DNA of 64,000 nt from Octopus sinensis (GCF_006345805.1 NC_043003.1:27218001-27282000), one strand, 5' to 3'; shown: positions 39,320 to 53,101, counted from the first letter of the stretch. Program-made: numbers and translations. The notes: generated by a model not told the origin, from the letters alone.

Positions 39320-42300
39320 TTGTTAAAAAAAGATGTAAGAAGGGTAGCTCTAAACCCTCCATCCAACGCGATAGAAAATATCCCAAGACGCATGGTCACA
39401 TACTGTTGCATCGGAGTTAAGTCTCGGCGGGTAGGAAATACTCCCGAGACCGAGATATAAAAATGTTTTGGGCGCCTGTGGGAACAAAAGACTCACATCC
39501 CCCGAGGAAAGAAGCTTGGAACCATTGAGGTGAGATTTGGGACGGAAGAAGAAGCTAAATGTAATTGCGCAACCACTTTGCAGAATGACAACTTTTTATT
39601 AATCCCCAGCTATCGCGCCTAACGTCTTGCCTAGATTCAGATATTGAATGTGCCGCCAGAAATATCCATTTCCTGGTGAGTGGCGACCGTCTTGGCAGGC
39701 TTAGACGGAGACGAAGTCACAATACTGGAGGTCAAGAAACTACCTATGCAAAACTGGTTAGGTATAGGTATGGAACTGATCTTGCAATGCAAGTTACCTG
39801 ATCTAATCGATCTCCCGGATAGTACTCACCTGTCAGTATTCCTGGAAGGTCGAAGCCAAGACGCCATGAATGCGGATCTGTAAAATTCTTAAAGGTTTTC
39901 TCCCCTGAAACAAAGTAAAATGAAGTGTCACTGCAGCCAACATTACAAGTACCACAAGTGCTAAATCATAAACAAGACTCCAGCACGAACTTTATCCATC
40001 AATTTCACAGTTGTGAATAAGTATAGGAGTAAACTGATGGATTTTGTAAACCAAAATAAAAATAGTATAGAGAAAGAGGGAAAGGAATTTGAGGGTTTCA
40101 TCCTCAAAACCACCAAGGACAGACCGTTAATTAAAACGTCCTCAGGCGTTTATAAAACTATGATAGAAAAATTCCCAGGCAGTGTGTTTTTTTTTTTTTA
40201 ATCTATTAATAAAAGGTTGTTGGAAGGGCCTTTTAAAAGCTTTTCGCCAGTAAAGAAGCCTCTCGAAAACCAAGGTGAGTAACCTCCTCACTTTCTTTCA
40301 CCTACTAGCATGGCTGTGCTGAGAATGGGGTGTATGAATGTGCGTGTCATGGGATCGGCCTGGAAGCAAGGTCACTTGCTTAATGATCTCAGGTCACTTG
40401 ATTTGATGTGGCTGCCATTAGTAAAACAAGGATCTTGGGAAAACAGCTCTAGCATCCATTTTCGAAGACTACGAGGTATTCTCATCTTCTGGTCTATCGA
40501 GAGCGAGAGGCGGTGTAACAGTGCTACTCCGGAAATTTTCCTGGATCCGGATGGTTGGTTGGAGGTCCTGGACGTGAAAGGTAGTGAAGGTGGTGCCTTT
40601 ATACTAGTGGCGATTTATGCCCAACAGGAGCTGGAAGGCCAGATTTCTTCAGGCGTCTGAAAACATTCTTGGGAACGTCGCGCACTTTAGTACTAGTGGG
40701 GGACTGGAATAGTATTTTGGATGCACGGAAGGACTGTGTGGCTTTAGTATATAGTAGAAGGGGATGTAAAAGCCTCGAAAACCTATTCAGCACTTACCAA
40801 CATTCTGGCAGATACCGACTGGATTTCCCTGATGTGCCAGTGTGGACATAAAGGAACCACAACGGGTCATCGAGATCGTATTTAGATAGAGTATTTGTTA
40901 GGTCAGAGGAAGGGATAGCATAGGTTGTCCACAATTTAAACTGGTCAGCTACAAAGATCACAAATTTGAGATATGCGCAGTTGATTTAGATAGGACCCGC
41001 AGACAGGGACCTGGTTACTGGAAGTTGAATGCATCCTTACCGGCTCGTAAAGACTACAGGGATCGGATTAGCGAACTAATTAAGCGGTAGCTGACGGGGG
41101 CAATCGTCTACAGCCGGTGGTGGATTGCTCTGTAGAGGGCGATTAGAGTAGAATCGATAGCGTTTAGCAAAGATTTAGCCCAAAAAAAAAAGAAATAGAT
41201 GAGAGGGAAATCAAGTTAGCAAATTAGAAGAGGTTACTAGTAAAGGCATTGCGACCGACGTGTTAGCGGCGAGAATGACCCTTCACCATTTCTTTAAGGC
41301 GAAATACAAAGAGTGCGTTGCCAGAGCTAAGGCTCCTGCGCTAAAACACGAAGGAACTAAAGCCCTCCGATGAACCCGATCGGTAGAGACGTGACGTGGA
41401 AAAATACACGACCAAGTCTTTCACAGATTGGGACGGACGCAGATATGTGCGGCTTTCCAGCAGCACTTTGCGTGGCTGTTTGGGGAGGAAGATGGGCCGA
41501 CGACGGTAGTGAAATTTACTTCGTACCTAGACGGCTTATCACGGCTCTCGGTGACGGGCGCTGATATTGTGCGAAAATACAGGAGGCGATGAGCGATTGC
41601 ACAAGTCGCAAATCGCCGAATTTGGATGGTTGTTCTACAAATTCTGTTTTCATGCTAGATTTTTTGGCAGCCTCTTGGCAGATGTCTACAGTAACTGGCA
41701 GCAGAACGGGAGAATTCCTAGTACTGTGTGTTGGTGTGTAGTAACACTGCTGAATAGAACGCCGAAAATGGGTACGTGTTAGGGAATTTTCAGCCCATAA
41801 CTCGGCTAAGCACAGAGTTTAAGGTTTTGGCTAAGGTGTTATTGAAAAGGTTGGCGCTTGTCGTTGATAGTCTGGTCAGGGTGGCACAAACGTGCGCAAT
41901 CCCGAGCAGATCTATACACGGCAACATCCACCTTATGCGATACATCGTAGAGAGGGCTGGGACTAAAGCTGACTTCGGTGGAGCATTGATCAAATTAGAT
42001 CAGTCGAAAGTTTTCGATAGGGTAGACCTTCCTACTTGGAAGCCATCCTTGAAGCGACCGGTTTCGGATCCGTTTTCAGAGGCTGGGTTGCTGCAATTCA
42101 CAACGGTACCTGCTCGGTGGTCAAGGTAAATGGCCACTTATCAGAACCGTTTAGTATCGTATGTTAGGTCCGTTAGGGCTGCCCGCTGCCACCTCCTCTG
42201 TATGTGCTGGCTGTCGGGTTGGAAGTTGGAACAGCTAAGAGGCTTTCCTTTCCAAATTGGACTCGGGAGGGCAGTGTCTGCATAAACGGAAGACATCACC

Positions 42301-43830
42301 GTCATGGTGTCGGACGCCTCCGAAGTGGAGACGGTCGGCTCCATTGTGAAGGAATATGAGTGATTGCAGGGCTGAAATCAATGCCGACAAGTCGGTGGGA
42401 TTACGATTGGGCACCTGGAGAGATAGATCGATGCCGTCGGACGCTGGACTGACGGACCAGTGAAACTGCTCGGGGTGTTGTTTTGCCCCGACTCCCAGAT
42501 GGATAAGAATTGGGAAGAGGTAACAAACAGGGTGACCTCTCTTACACAGAAATGAACAGAGTGGAAGTTGTCCCTGAGAGGTCAGGCAGAGTTAACGAAT
42601 GCCTACGTCGCCTCTGTCATTATTTATCATCTGACCGTTGTACCTTTCCCCAGTTACTGCTTGATTAGATTGGAGCTTATCTGTTTATTTTCTTGTGGAA
42701 AGGACGCGTTCCAATAGACAAACGGTCGGTCTTCTGCCAACTTCCTTTGCGTGGCGGCTTAGGCATACCATAGATTTTAATTCGCAGCCACGCACTCAGG
42801 TTGCACCACCTGCAGCGATTTCTAGAAGGTGAACGTGTGTGGGCTCCGTTTGTGAGACACGCCTTTCCGCAGCGCGTCTCCTTGACAGTGCTGCAGTCCT
42901 GGGTAAAGGATAGGCCGAGGCTGGGTGCCTGGCACTTAGAATATCGTCAGGCGCTCACTGTCCTCAACAAGTCGGGCAACAAGATCGGTGGATGTTCCAC
43001 TTTAAATATTTATAGAGGATTAGTAGCGGGGAAATGCGACGACGTCCTCGGGGTGGCCCCAGGTGTCGACGAAGACGCACAGGCAAATCTATTCTGGAGG
43101 ACTGTCCGGTCGGGGACTGTTATGGATTATTTCCAGATGTCTTTGTCCTACCGAGGGGCGCTACCAGTTCGAAATAAACTGTACAGGCACAGATGTGCTG
43201 TCAGACGTTCTGCATGCACTCGTTCAGTGTCCGGGCATTGCTGACTTGCGGAGTTATGTCGAACAGCTGCTGTCGCGTGTAGGTCAGATCCGTCTGTCGT
43301 CCGAGTCCATAATGATGAATGCCCCGCCGCCCTCCTTTAATCGGCCTGGCAAGGCAGTTTTCCTTTGTTTGGTGGCTGTGGCATCAGAGGTTATATGGAG
43401 GAATAAGAACGGAAACTTTCCTCTTTGGTAAAGCCCTCATCGACATTTTCTAATTTCACTTGAAAAGGAAAGTGAGGGTGGAGAGGGAGTTATTGTCCTC
43501 GAGTGAATTTATGAAAAGTTGGGTGAAAGTTGCGAAAATGGCAAGACGTATGGTACTACTCTCAATGTAGACCCGTGAGTCGGAAAAAGGAAGTTGGAGT
43601 GGGGTCTCGTCCTTATTACTCAGGGTGATCTTGGGTGGTGGGGTTCTCTGATTATCCCTAGAGGTCCTCCTGAATCAGGGCGATCTCGTCACGACCCTTT
43701 TTACCCTCTTTTTTTAGTGTCATATACTATATATATTTTATTACCCCATTATATGCAAACCCCAACACTTTATGTTTGTTTTTATATTGTCTCCCTCATC
43801 CTTCACTCTGGAGGCAAATAAAGAAACCAT
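39320..43830 (+). mobile_element. Decayed Tx1/L1-clade LINE (ORF1 remnant, APE + RT ORF2)
   Basis: MGCMNVR, LVLVGDWN, GYWKLN, FQPITRLSTEFKVLAKVL..RL, LDQSKVFDRVD. The 3' end has AATAAA followed by (ATT)/(GTT)n. Confidence 0.88.
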
Positions 43831-43861
43831 TATTATTGTTGTTGTTGTTGTTGTTATCATT

Positions 43862-44053
43862 ATTATTATTTTAAAAACTGTTTGATTCGATTTTATGCGA
43901 CTTAAAGTTTCGTAAAATTTTTACAGAAACCTGGCTGGTTCTGGTTCAGGTTAACAATTTCTGTAATCTGAGTCTGAACGAGCTAGGTTTCTGTAAGAAT
44001 CCTAGGAAACTCAATGTCGCATGGAGCCGAAACAGACTGTTTTAAATAATAAT
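43862..44053. repeat. Imperfect palindrome / fold-back element
   Basis: ATGCGAC...AGTTTC...TTACAGAAACCT pairs with AGGTTTCTGTAA...GAAACT...GTCGCAT. Confidence 0.7.
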
Positions 44054-44305
44054 ACAAGTTACTCCTACAAAATATGTTGACTGCCTTTTTCTTTCATTTG
44101 TCCACTCACTCTACCGTTCCTGTCCCATTAAATTTCCTTCACAAGGTATAGGCCAATGCCAGTCTACATAGAAAATTATATGTATCGAACATGCCATGCA
44201 GTTGGATCGAAACCGGGACCCCGTGGTTGCGAAGCAAACATTTTAACGTAATAGCCCATACTGCGCTTGCACAATATAACTACACATGTGTGTGTGCGTG
44301 CGTGC

Positions 44306-44350
<45 letters not shown>

Positions 44351-44539
44351 AAGGAAAAAAACACAGTAACTTCAAAGTTTCGGCCTGCTCGCAGTCATCA
44401 AACTATCATCCGAAACTTCGAAGTCACTGTCTACCATTTTCTTTACAAAATTTCATAAACATGTACTCTACTAAAAAGTATTGAGGAAATCCTTTTATTT
44501 CATTATGTATGTATGCATGTATGTATGTATGTATGTATG

Positions 44540-44571
<32 letters not shown>

Positions 44572-44650
44572 AATGTATGTATGAATAAAAAGGTATGTAT
44601 GTATTATATGTGTGTGTGTATGTATGTATGCATGCATGTTTGTGTGTATG

Positions 44651-45109
44651 TCATTATTCAGTTTATTTCACGGTTTCTTGCCAATAAAGAAAGAACCGGT
44701 TTCTAATCTAGATGCAAGGCTCCTTCACTGAAATTTCAACATCAACAACAGGGTATTATGTGCGTATGTATGTATGTATGTATGTATGTATGTATGTATG
44801 TATGTATGTATGTATGTATGTGTGTGTGTATGTATGTACGCACGTATGTATGTATGTAAGTACGTATGTATGTATGTATGTATGTATGTATGTATGTATG
44901 TATGTATGTATGTATGTATACGTGCAAATTTGTATGTTTTGTTTTATTTTCATGCATATAGTTGCATTCTACACATGTTCATATATACTTAAATGATAAA
45001 CTTCCGGCAAGTTTTACAGATTTTTACAGTTCCAGTGACGTCTTGAATCTATAATCTTCGAATCAGCTTTGTCCTTTCTGGTTTTGAGAAGCCTAATTTT
45101 TCAAGATTG
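44651..45109 (-). mobile_element. 5'-truncated R4-type family 2 copy flanked by (CATA)n at both ends
   Basis: NLEKLGFSKPERTKLIRRL.IQDVTGTVKICKT plus 3' UTR. (TATG)n at 45110-45177 and below 44650. Confidence 0.82.
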
Positions 45110-45329
45110 GTATGTATGTATGTATGTATGTATGTATGTATGTATGTATGTATGTATGTATGTATGTATGTATGTATAGCTTGACATAAAAACAATAAGC
45201 AATATACACTAGCAGAAACAAATTTTAGGTTGAAAACTTTTAATGTGGGAATAAAAAGCCCAATATGGGTATTGTACTCTTGTATTGTAATCAATGCGTT
45301 TAACGAAATCAATATATTGATTTCAAATT

Positions 45330-45510
45330 TTGGCACAAGACCAGGAATTTTAGAGGAGGGTGCAAGTCGATTACATCGACCTCAGTGTTCAACTGGTACT
45401 TATTTCATCGACCCCGAAAGGATAAAAGGCGAAGTCGAACTTGACAGAATTTGAACTCAGCACGTATAGACGGACAAAAAACGCTGCTAAGTATTTTGTA
45501 CGGCGTGTCT
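45330..45510 (-). mobile_element. SINE family B copy
   Basis: B box CTGAGTTCAAATTC and the central GTCGAT..AATAAGTACCAG domain. Confidence 0.75.
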
Positions 45511-45712
45511 GCGAGGTAGACACATTAATTAATCCACAGACGCACACGCACAAACACACCGGGCCGCACACATATAATAACACGCACTTATGCACACACA
45601 CACACACACACATACACACATACACTCACTCACTCTTTTTCTCTCTTTCTCCCTCCCGTTCTCACATTCACCCTCACATCCATACAACTATATAAATATA
45701 CTGGGTTGTTGT

Positions 45713-45831
45713 ATAATTAACGACCGTTTTTATCATTATCATTATTATAATTATTATTATTATTATTATTATTTTATTATTATTATTATAAATTCTGTTG
45801 TAAATTAAATTATAAAACGGTCGTTAATTAT
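45713..45831. repeat. Perfect 18-bp inverted repeats around an (ATT)n core
   Basis: ATAATTAACGACCGTTTT / AAAACGGTCGTTAATTAT. Confidence 0.8.
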
Positions 45832-46109
45832 GCACCTACCCAATAGAAAGAAAAAAAACTAAGAAACAAGTAGACAGGCCTGAAAATGATTGACCTGGAG
45901 AGGAGAGAGAGCATATTATTGAAGAGGACACGAATGGCAACGACAGGGCTTTGACAAACATAACTGATTGGTTAACCGAAGAATTAATCAAACAATCGAT
46001 TTGTTAACTGGTATCACCTCAGCCTTTGATTTATCGTCCCATTTGTATAACAGCTGTAGCCCTATTTGTGGAACGCGTGTAGTGAGTTTGAAGGTAACCT
46101 GCAACAAAA

Positions 46110-46157
46110 TGCCGCCCAATTGATTATCCGTCAGCCATCTGTCTCTGATGACCAGAA

Positions 46158-46227
<70 letters not shown>

Positions 46228-46345
46228 GTGTCTTTGTGTCTATGTCTGTTCCGCACCACCGCTCGACAACCGGTGTTGGTGTGTTTACGTACCCGTAACT
46301 TTGCGGTTCGACAAAAGGAACTGACAGAATAAGTACTAGGCTGTA
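46110..46345 (+). mobile_element. SINE family A-like 3' part with an internal (TG)n
   Basis: GACAACCGGTGTTGGTGTGTTTACG..CCCGTAACTT.GCGGTTCG...AATAAGTACTAGGC. Confidence 0.7.
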
Positions 46346-46564
46346 AACAAAAAAAAACAAGTACTGGGGAAAGGGGAGAATCGTGCGATTAAAATTCTTC
46401 AGCGCGATGAAATAAGTAAAACACAAGTAAAAGGTGCGCGTGTGTGTGTGCGTGCATGCGCGGCAAAAAACACACACCATATGTATACACACACACACAC
46501 ACACGCACATATATATATATACACATATATATATGATATATATGGATATTTATCTATATATATG

Positions 46565-46648
<84 letters not shown>

Positions 46649-46650
46649 AG

Positions 46651-47038
46651 ATAGGGTCATCCCACAAATAATTTTTATACTTCTTTTATTTTCAAAATTA
46701 AGATAAACAAGGTTGAAAAGGTTGCAAGAAGCAACGAAAATTTTAGGAAAATAAAATAAAGAAATAAGTGAAAATTTTACCGGTGAGTGTGTTAAAGCAC
46801 AAAAAAAAAATGACTCTCCCCAGACACAACAGAATATGCTTCAACACACGAACTCACATAAAGAATCTTGCAAACCAAATCCAAAAACGAAAGATAAACA
46901 AAGTTCTCGTCTAATCTAAAATATACTCTTCTTCTGTTTGTCTGGGGAGAGTCATTCACCTCTTGTGCCTTATTATTTAACATACCGGTTTCCACTCATT
47001 TACTTATAAAATTTTGTTGCGTCTTGCAACCTTTTCAA
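46651..47038. mobile_element. Mariner TIR remnant followed by a ~330-bp fold-back element
   Basis: 46651-46710 resembles the 21780-21850 mariner end. TTGAAAAGGTTGCAAGA / TCTTGCAACCTTTTCAA and ATGACTCTCCCCAGACA / TGTCTGGGGAGAGTCAT are inverted pairs. Confidence 0.65.
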
Positions 47039-47132
47039 TAACCGTTGACTCTGTCTGTTCTCCGAGTTGCGTTCTTTTTCTTTTGTTGTTGTTTGTGCGC
47101 ATGGGTGTGGGTCAGTGTGCCTGCGCATACAC

Positions 47133-47163
<31 letters not shown>

Positions 47164-47439
47164 TGTATGTATGTATGTATGTGTGTATGCATATATGTGT
47201 GTGTATGCATATATATATGCTTGCGTGCGTGTACGTTTGTATGTATGTATTCTACATATTCATGTGTTTGTGTGTTTTTATGCGTGCGTGTTTCGTTGTT
47301 TGTGCATGTTTGAGTGTGTCTGTGTATGGGTTTTGTGACCATGTATGTGTGTATGTGTGCTTGTCTGTTTATATTACCTATGTACCTATCTATCTGTAAA
47401 TCTATCTGTTTACATTCATTTCCATTTACCAACATATAT

Positions 47440-47703
<264 letters not shown>

Positions 47704-47803
47704 AGGTAATCCAGACATGAACAAAGAGAAAACACAACAACGCAAGGACGTGGAACAAGTATTGTGTTATTGGACGCTCAGGAAAGGAAAGAAAGAAGGA
47801 AGA

Positions 47804-47836
47804 TTTAATGTTTTGAGCAGAGCTCTTTGTTAGAAA
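47804..47836 (-). ncRNA. Heavily decayed hammerhead-like motif
   Basis: TTT-CTAACAA-AGAG CTCTG CTC-AAAA-CA-TT-AAA; G-to-A changes would restore CTGACGA...GAAACGTT. Confidence 0.3.
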
Positions 47837-48456
47837 CATAGAAAAGGAAAAGGTCCAAGGATGGGAAGACGGAGAAAGAATATCGTCAACGATACACACG
47901 CGGTCACATATTGAAATGACCGGAAGGGAATGGGTGAAGAAAAAGTTCTTTCAAAGACATGAGAGTGCAAGAGAAGGAGGTATGTGTGTATATGTGTGGG
48001 TATATGCGTGCGCGCAGCTGTATGTGTGTGTGTGTGGTTGTGGCTGTTTATCTATGTGTGTGGTTGGGCGTAGTATCGTTTAAGGCCATAGGAAGAATTT
48101 ATAGTAAGAATTTTGGTAGGAGTGGCTGCCTGTTGTGTGTCTTCCTACACATGTGCATAGGAGAATGGTCAGTAGAAGGTACTGGTAGCTTGAAGTATGT
48201 GTGTGTATGTGCGTGTATGTGTATGCAGTGTATGTGTGTTTTGTTTGTAGTGTGTGTGTATGTGTGTTTTGTTTGTAGTGTGTGTGTATGTATGCATGTA
48301 TGTGTTCGTGTGTATATGTGTGTATCCGAAGGAATTGTGTGTGGGGGGGGGGGAGTAACTGTACTTTATTCTGTGTATGTGTGCGTGTGTGCTTGTATAT
48401 GTGTGTACATGTATGTATAAGTGTGTACGTGTATATATGAGTGTGTGCTGTATGTA

Positions 48457-51012
48457 CAGGCATAATTTGGCTTAAGTCGTTTCCATTTGAGTCATTCTCG
48501 ATTATACGTCGGTTTTCAAAAATAACATGGAAAAATATAAATCAAGTCAAGTCATTTTACACATCTTTATGTCTGTCCGCCTCAAATATTGGAATCGTAA
48601 AATCACTGGAAAACCATTAGAAGTACATAAAATCATATTACTGTACAATAAATAAGAATAACAGCATATAAAAATCAAATTAAAATAAGTAAAGTAAATG
48701 TTAAGATACACACCATACAGCAGTGTAGCTTAGTGAACGAAATCATGAAATCAACTGTGTTGTCTTATTTATCGGTCTTTCGGAGCTCATATTGCACTAT
48801 AGTTCCAATATCTACCGTTAGGCGTTGTTGTCACTCGCGATTCCCGCGATTGTTTTGAATTCAGATTCGTTTACGTCTGTTTATCGGCTATTTTCTCATT
48901 TTCATTCATTGTGACTTAATTTTTCACCTCCATGGCTCCTAAGAAAATACGTAGTGAAAGTGCTAAGCGTCATGCTATAATGCTGGAACATAAACTGATA
49001 AAACGCCATGAAAAAGGTGAAAAAGTGGTTGCAATTGCATGATTTGGGGGATGAGTCGAACAACTGTATCGACGATTGTACATAACAAGAATATTTTAGC
49101 ACACATCAAATCTGAAGCCTCGGGGATGAAGAACACTGTCATCAGTAAGAAAAGGGGCAAAATCTTTGAAGAAATTAAACGTCTTCTTTCTCTTTGGGTT
49201 GTTAGGTTGAATCGTCAGTGTGCTACTATTTGTCAGAAAATCACTCAAGAGAAAGTGTTATCTGTTTGAGGACCTAAAAAAATATCCAGAGGAGAAAGGT
49301 GTAGAGTTCAAGGCAATCCAAGGATGATTCCTGAGATTTAAGAGCGATGAAGTCATCACTATATTAAGAAGCAAGGTGAAAGTACATCAGATGATGAACA
49401 AGCAGCAGCGGAATTTCCTAATGCATTAAAGAAAATCATCGAAGAAACCGGGTTTCTTCCCGAACAGGTTTTTAATGTAGACGAAACTGGATTGTATGGA
49501 AAAAATTGCCAGACCGTTCGTTCATTTCCAAAGAGGAGAAAACTATTCCAGGCTACAAGGTCTCAAAAGAACGAGTGAACATTATGTTGGGAGGTGATTG
49601 TTCAAGAGATTTAAAGATAAAGCAATTGCTTGTGTATCATGTACACAACCCCCGGCCCTGAAGAACATACTCCCCTGTTATATTGATGGCTAATTCAAAA
49701 GCGTGGGTTACTGTTGTTGTTTTTGAAAATTGGTTCTTCAATCATTTTATTTCAGCAGTAGAAAGGTACTGTTAGGAGAAGGTGATTCCATTTAATTCTT
49801 AGATAATGTTCCTGATCACCCGCAAAACATCGTAGATTTTGACTCCAACGGTACCGTCGTATGCCCCACCCCCCTAACACCACGTCTCTTCTGCTGCCAA
49901 TGGATCAGGGAATAATTGCTATCTTCAAGCATTACTATATGAAGCGTACGCTGCGGCAAGCAATAGCTACAACTGATCTTGAGGAGTCCATCACACTTAG
50001 TGACTTTTGGAAGAGAAACGATATCTACAAGGCTGTACAGAACATAGCAGCGGCATAGAATGATGTGCAGGGCACGGCTATGAACAGTGTATGGAAGAAG
50101 ATATGCCCGCAATTCGTGAATGATTTTAAGGGGTTTGATAATGTTGCAATCACAAAACGTTGGTGACTATGAGCAAAGAACTGGAAATGGATTTGGAGGA
50201 GGAGGATTTCACAGATTTATTTGAAAAAGACAAGTATCCTCTGACGAACGAGGATTTTATAGAGCTTCACGAGCAGCAAAATAAAGAAGAGGAAATGGAA
50301 CCTGAGCCACGTCATTTTACCATTAAGAAAATTCAGTAAGTATTTGCCTACATCAAAAAAGATCTTTCTATGGTTGAGGATATGGATCCAAATGCTCAAC
50401 GCTTTTCCAAGATTATGGGAGCTTTTCACGAAGCTCTTGTTCCTTATAATGTAATCATTGTGGAAAAGAAGACAGTTCAAGGAACTCTGAACCGGTTTTT
50501 TAAGCGCATCGAACAAGAACAGCCAGAGTCAGCTGTTGATGTTGACGAGCTACAACCATCTACATCCGCGACTTAAACCACCAAATTGTATGTACGTATT
50601 GGTAAATTTCAAATAATTTAGTTTCTTTACTATTGCAAAATAATAATAATTACTGAATTTGTTTTTTAAGCTTAAAATGGTTTTATTTTATCATGTCGTA
50701 CTGCAAACCGCATTCATAAATAAAGCGTCCGCAATGTACGGTAAACACCGCCAAATTATGTTAATAATTTTAGATTACATTTTTTAATTGCATTGTATTA
50801 AAAAATAAAAATTATTTGTTTGTAAGCTTAAAATAGGTTTTTATTAACCATGAATTATTGAAAATGCATTCATAAATAAAGTACAGAACTGGGAATGGTT
50901 ATTATCGGTTTAGCCTAAAGTCAAGTAAATTCAGCCTAGTCTAGCCTAGAGACAAGTTAATTCTAGTTGTGTCTCCTGGAACCAATTAACGATGTAGGGT
51001 GAGGTATGCCTG
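48457..51012 (+). mobile_element. Decayed full-length pogo/Tigger transposon
   Basis: TA|CAGGCATA...TATGCCTG|TA ends. CENP-B-type HTH, then EQVFNVDETGLY and PPNTTSLLLPMDQGII (DDE_1). Confidence 0.9.
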
Positions 51013-51730
51013 TATACACACACACACAGCTAAATCCGATTGAAAAGGTACTGAACTGACGGCCATTGTGGACTGTAAGCTTTTACTGTACAGCATATAC
51101 TTGTGTCTGTCTATGTATTTTCTTTCTTTTCTTTCTTTCTTATCCCCTGACGATGTTAATATAAACGAAAGCATTTGAGATTAGGTGTTTTATTTCATCC
51201 TATGGTAAACAATTTGATTGTGGATGTATGTGTGTGTGTGCAAGGAGTAGAGGATAGGGAGTAACTCGTTTTTAACTTTATCGACTGGAGTAACTCATTT
51301 TTAACACTTTTACTTGAAAGATTAACCATGAAAATATAGGTAAACGTGTTCTTTGTTTTGGATTATCTTGGTTAGTTAAGAGGTTATGACCATTTGATGT
51401 TGGGCCAAGTTAAAAAGTGGCAAAATATTGATGCTTTCTCATTCTGTTATTTTACCATATTCCACTCCGATGATTCTTTGGAACTTTTTGTATATCATAG
51501 GAAACCTTTATCCAAGACAAATAACACTGGTTTCGTTTCTGTTGCAATTAGTGGTGAATACTGGTGTACATTCACTTTAAGCGGTATACAATGGCCAAGT
51601 GTTGTCCCAGTGATGTTGGTAACTAGTGTGGCATTGTATTTATAAAAATGCGGAGGTTGCAGTTATTCATCCATACGTTCAGGTAAAGTGTGGTTATTAA
51701 TCTAGTCGGAAATTTCTCTAATTCATACTC

Positions 51731-51769
51731 TCTGCGATCGATTTCAGCGTCGGAGCATCATCAGATATC
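51731..51769 (-). ncRNA. Minimal hammerhead-like motif with a canonical core
   Basis: CTGATGA-TGC TCCGAC GCT-GAAA-TCGA-TC: palindromic loop III and AUC triplet. Stem I is poorly paired. Confidence 0.55.
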
Positions 51770-52899
51770 GTATTCTTGGATCAGTTTGCAAGTTTTGTGT
51801 CTATATGCAGGTCGTTGAACAAATTTCTAAGTTGAGTTTATTTTAAAGTATGATTACGATACTTCGGAATATTAACTTAATCTTTAGAAATTGATTTTTA
51901 AAATTTAATTTAAGTTCTTTATTCTAGTTATCACTATACTATAGGACTGTGTGGGCTGATTTGTTAAGTGCGTCGGAAAAAATGTCTTACTGCTTCTTTT
52001 CCGTCTCTATACATTCAGAGTTCCAATTCTTTCGATTGTAAATTGATGGAGCCAATAAAACCGAAGAAATAAAGTAGACATCATCGATTATCCCCAGTTC
52101 TTTGGGTTTCAAGCCTTGTGCCAATCTGAGAAGCATTACTTACATCCATAGCTCTCGTTGATGATTTGATCATCAAAACGTGTTATTTTTGATGAATAAT
52201 ACTAGATTAAGATTCGAACGAAAAACCGTCATATCAAAATTAAGTGTAATAAACGCTCTTACCGACTACATCGTTCACTATCAGACACTGTAGTTTAGCA
52301 GAAGAGAGAATAAGCCGTTGATAAGATCGCGAGAGGAGACGAAAGAAGTCTGACGAGCTCTAAATGATTGATTGATTGATCAAACGATTAATCAAACAAT
52401 CGATTGATTAAATGGTTAAATGATCAACTAGTTCACTAATAGTAATAAAAGAAGTGAAATAAAACCGGTGAATGCATTTCTTATTGTTATAATGACTTTC
52501 CAAAGATAAAAACCAAATCTCCTTCAACATACGATTTCACATCGAGAATATTGCAAAACAGATACAAAGCTTAAATATACAATTAAGATATTTGAGATAT
52601 TTGACGTTTCCGTTTCGTCCAGCAAATCGTGTGGAGTTTAGCTACTATGCAAATAAGCCCTGCTCTAGAAGTTGATTAATTATAATTAGTGAACTGAAAT
52701 AGAACCAGTGCGTGTGTTTCTCATTAGCATAAGGACCCTTCCAAGGTGTAACACGTTGTCTATATCGGAGGGGGGAAATAAACAGACTATCGAGCAGACG
52801 CGACCGTCATGTTTGGAATGCTTTTGATAAGAGGTTAACAGGATCAAAGCTGATTTAGATGACACCTTACAAAAATGGTAACAAGAACAACATACTTAC

Positions 52900-52981
52900 T
52901 CGTAATGTAAAGTGTGGCCAATACACAAGCGGTTAATCCAATTAAAGTCACTTTTTTGTATCGATGAAGTCTGAAAAACAT
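52900..52981 (-). CDS. Sulfotransferase exon 1 (coding part): start codon, basic cytoplasmic tail and type II signal-anchor
   Basis: Minus strand reads AAAAA-ATG TTT TTC AGA CTT CAT... = MFFRLHRYKKVTLIGLTACVLATLYIT + A. There is an in-frame TAG upstream and a GTAAGT donor at 52899-52894 (phase 1). Basic residues followed by about 17 hydrophobic residues is typical of Golgi enzymes. Not in the ORF track. Confidence 0.75.
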
Positions 52982-53004
52982 TTTTTCTGGTTTCTAATTG
53001 TCCT

Positions 53005-53101
53005 CTTCTTCTTCTTCTTCTTCTTCTTCTTCTTCTTCTTCTTCTTCTTCTTCTTCTTCTTCTTCTTCTTCTTCTTCTTCTTCTTCTTCTTCTTCTTCTT
53101 C
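53005..53101. repeat. (TTC)n, about 32 units, read as (GAA)n just upstream of the sulfotransferase ATG
   Basis: Direct reading. Confidence 0.95.

Noticed and set aside
51394-51700. Minus-strand coding-looking stretch with ACCACACTTTAC similar to exon 1
   Set aside because: It is not hydrophobic, contains stops, and adjoins a hammerhead motif, so it is more likely a retroelement remnant.
52336-52362. GAAA...CTGACGA as a permuted hammerhead
   Set aside because: Only 5 nt lie between the core halves, leaving no room for stems I and III.
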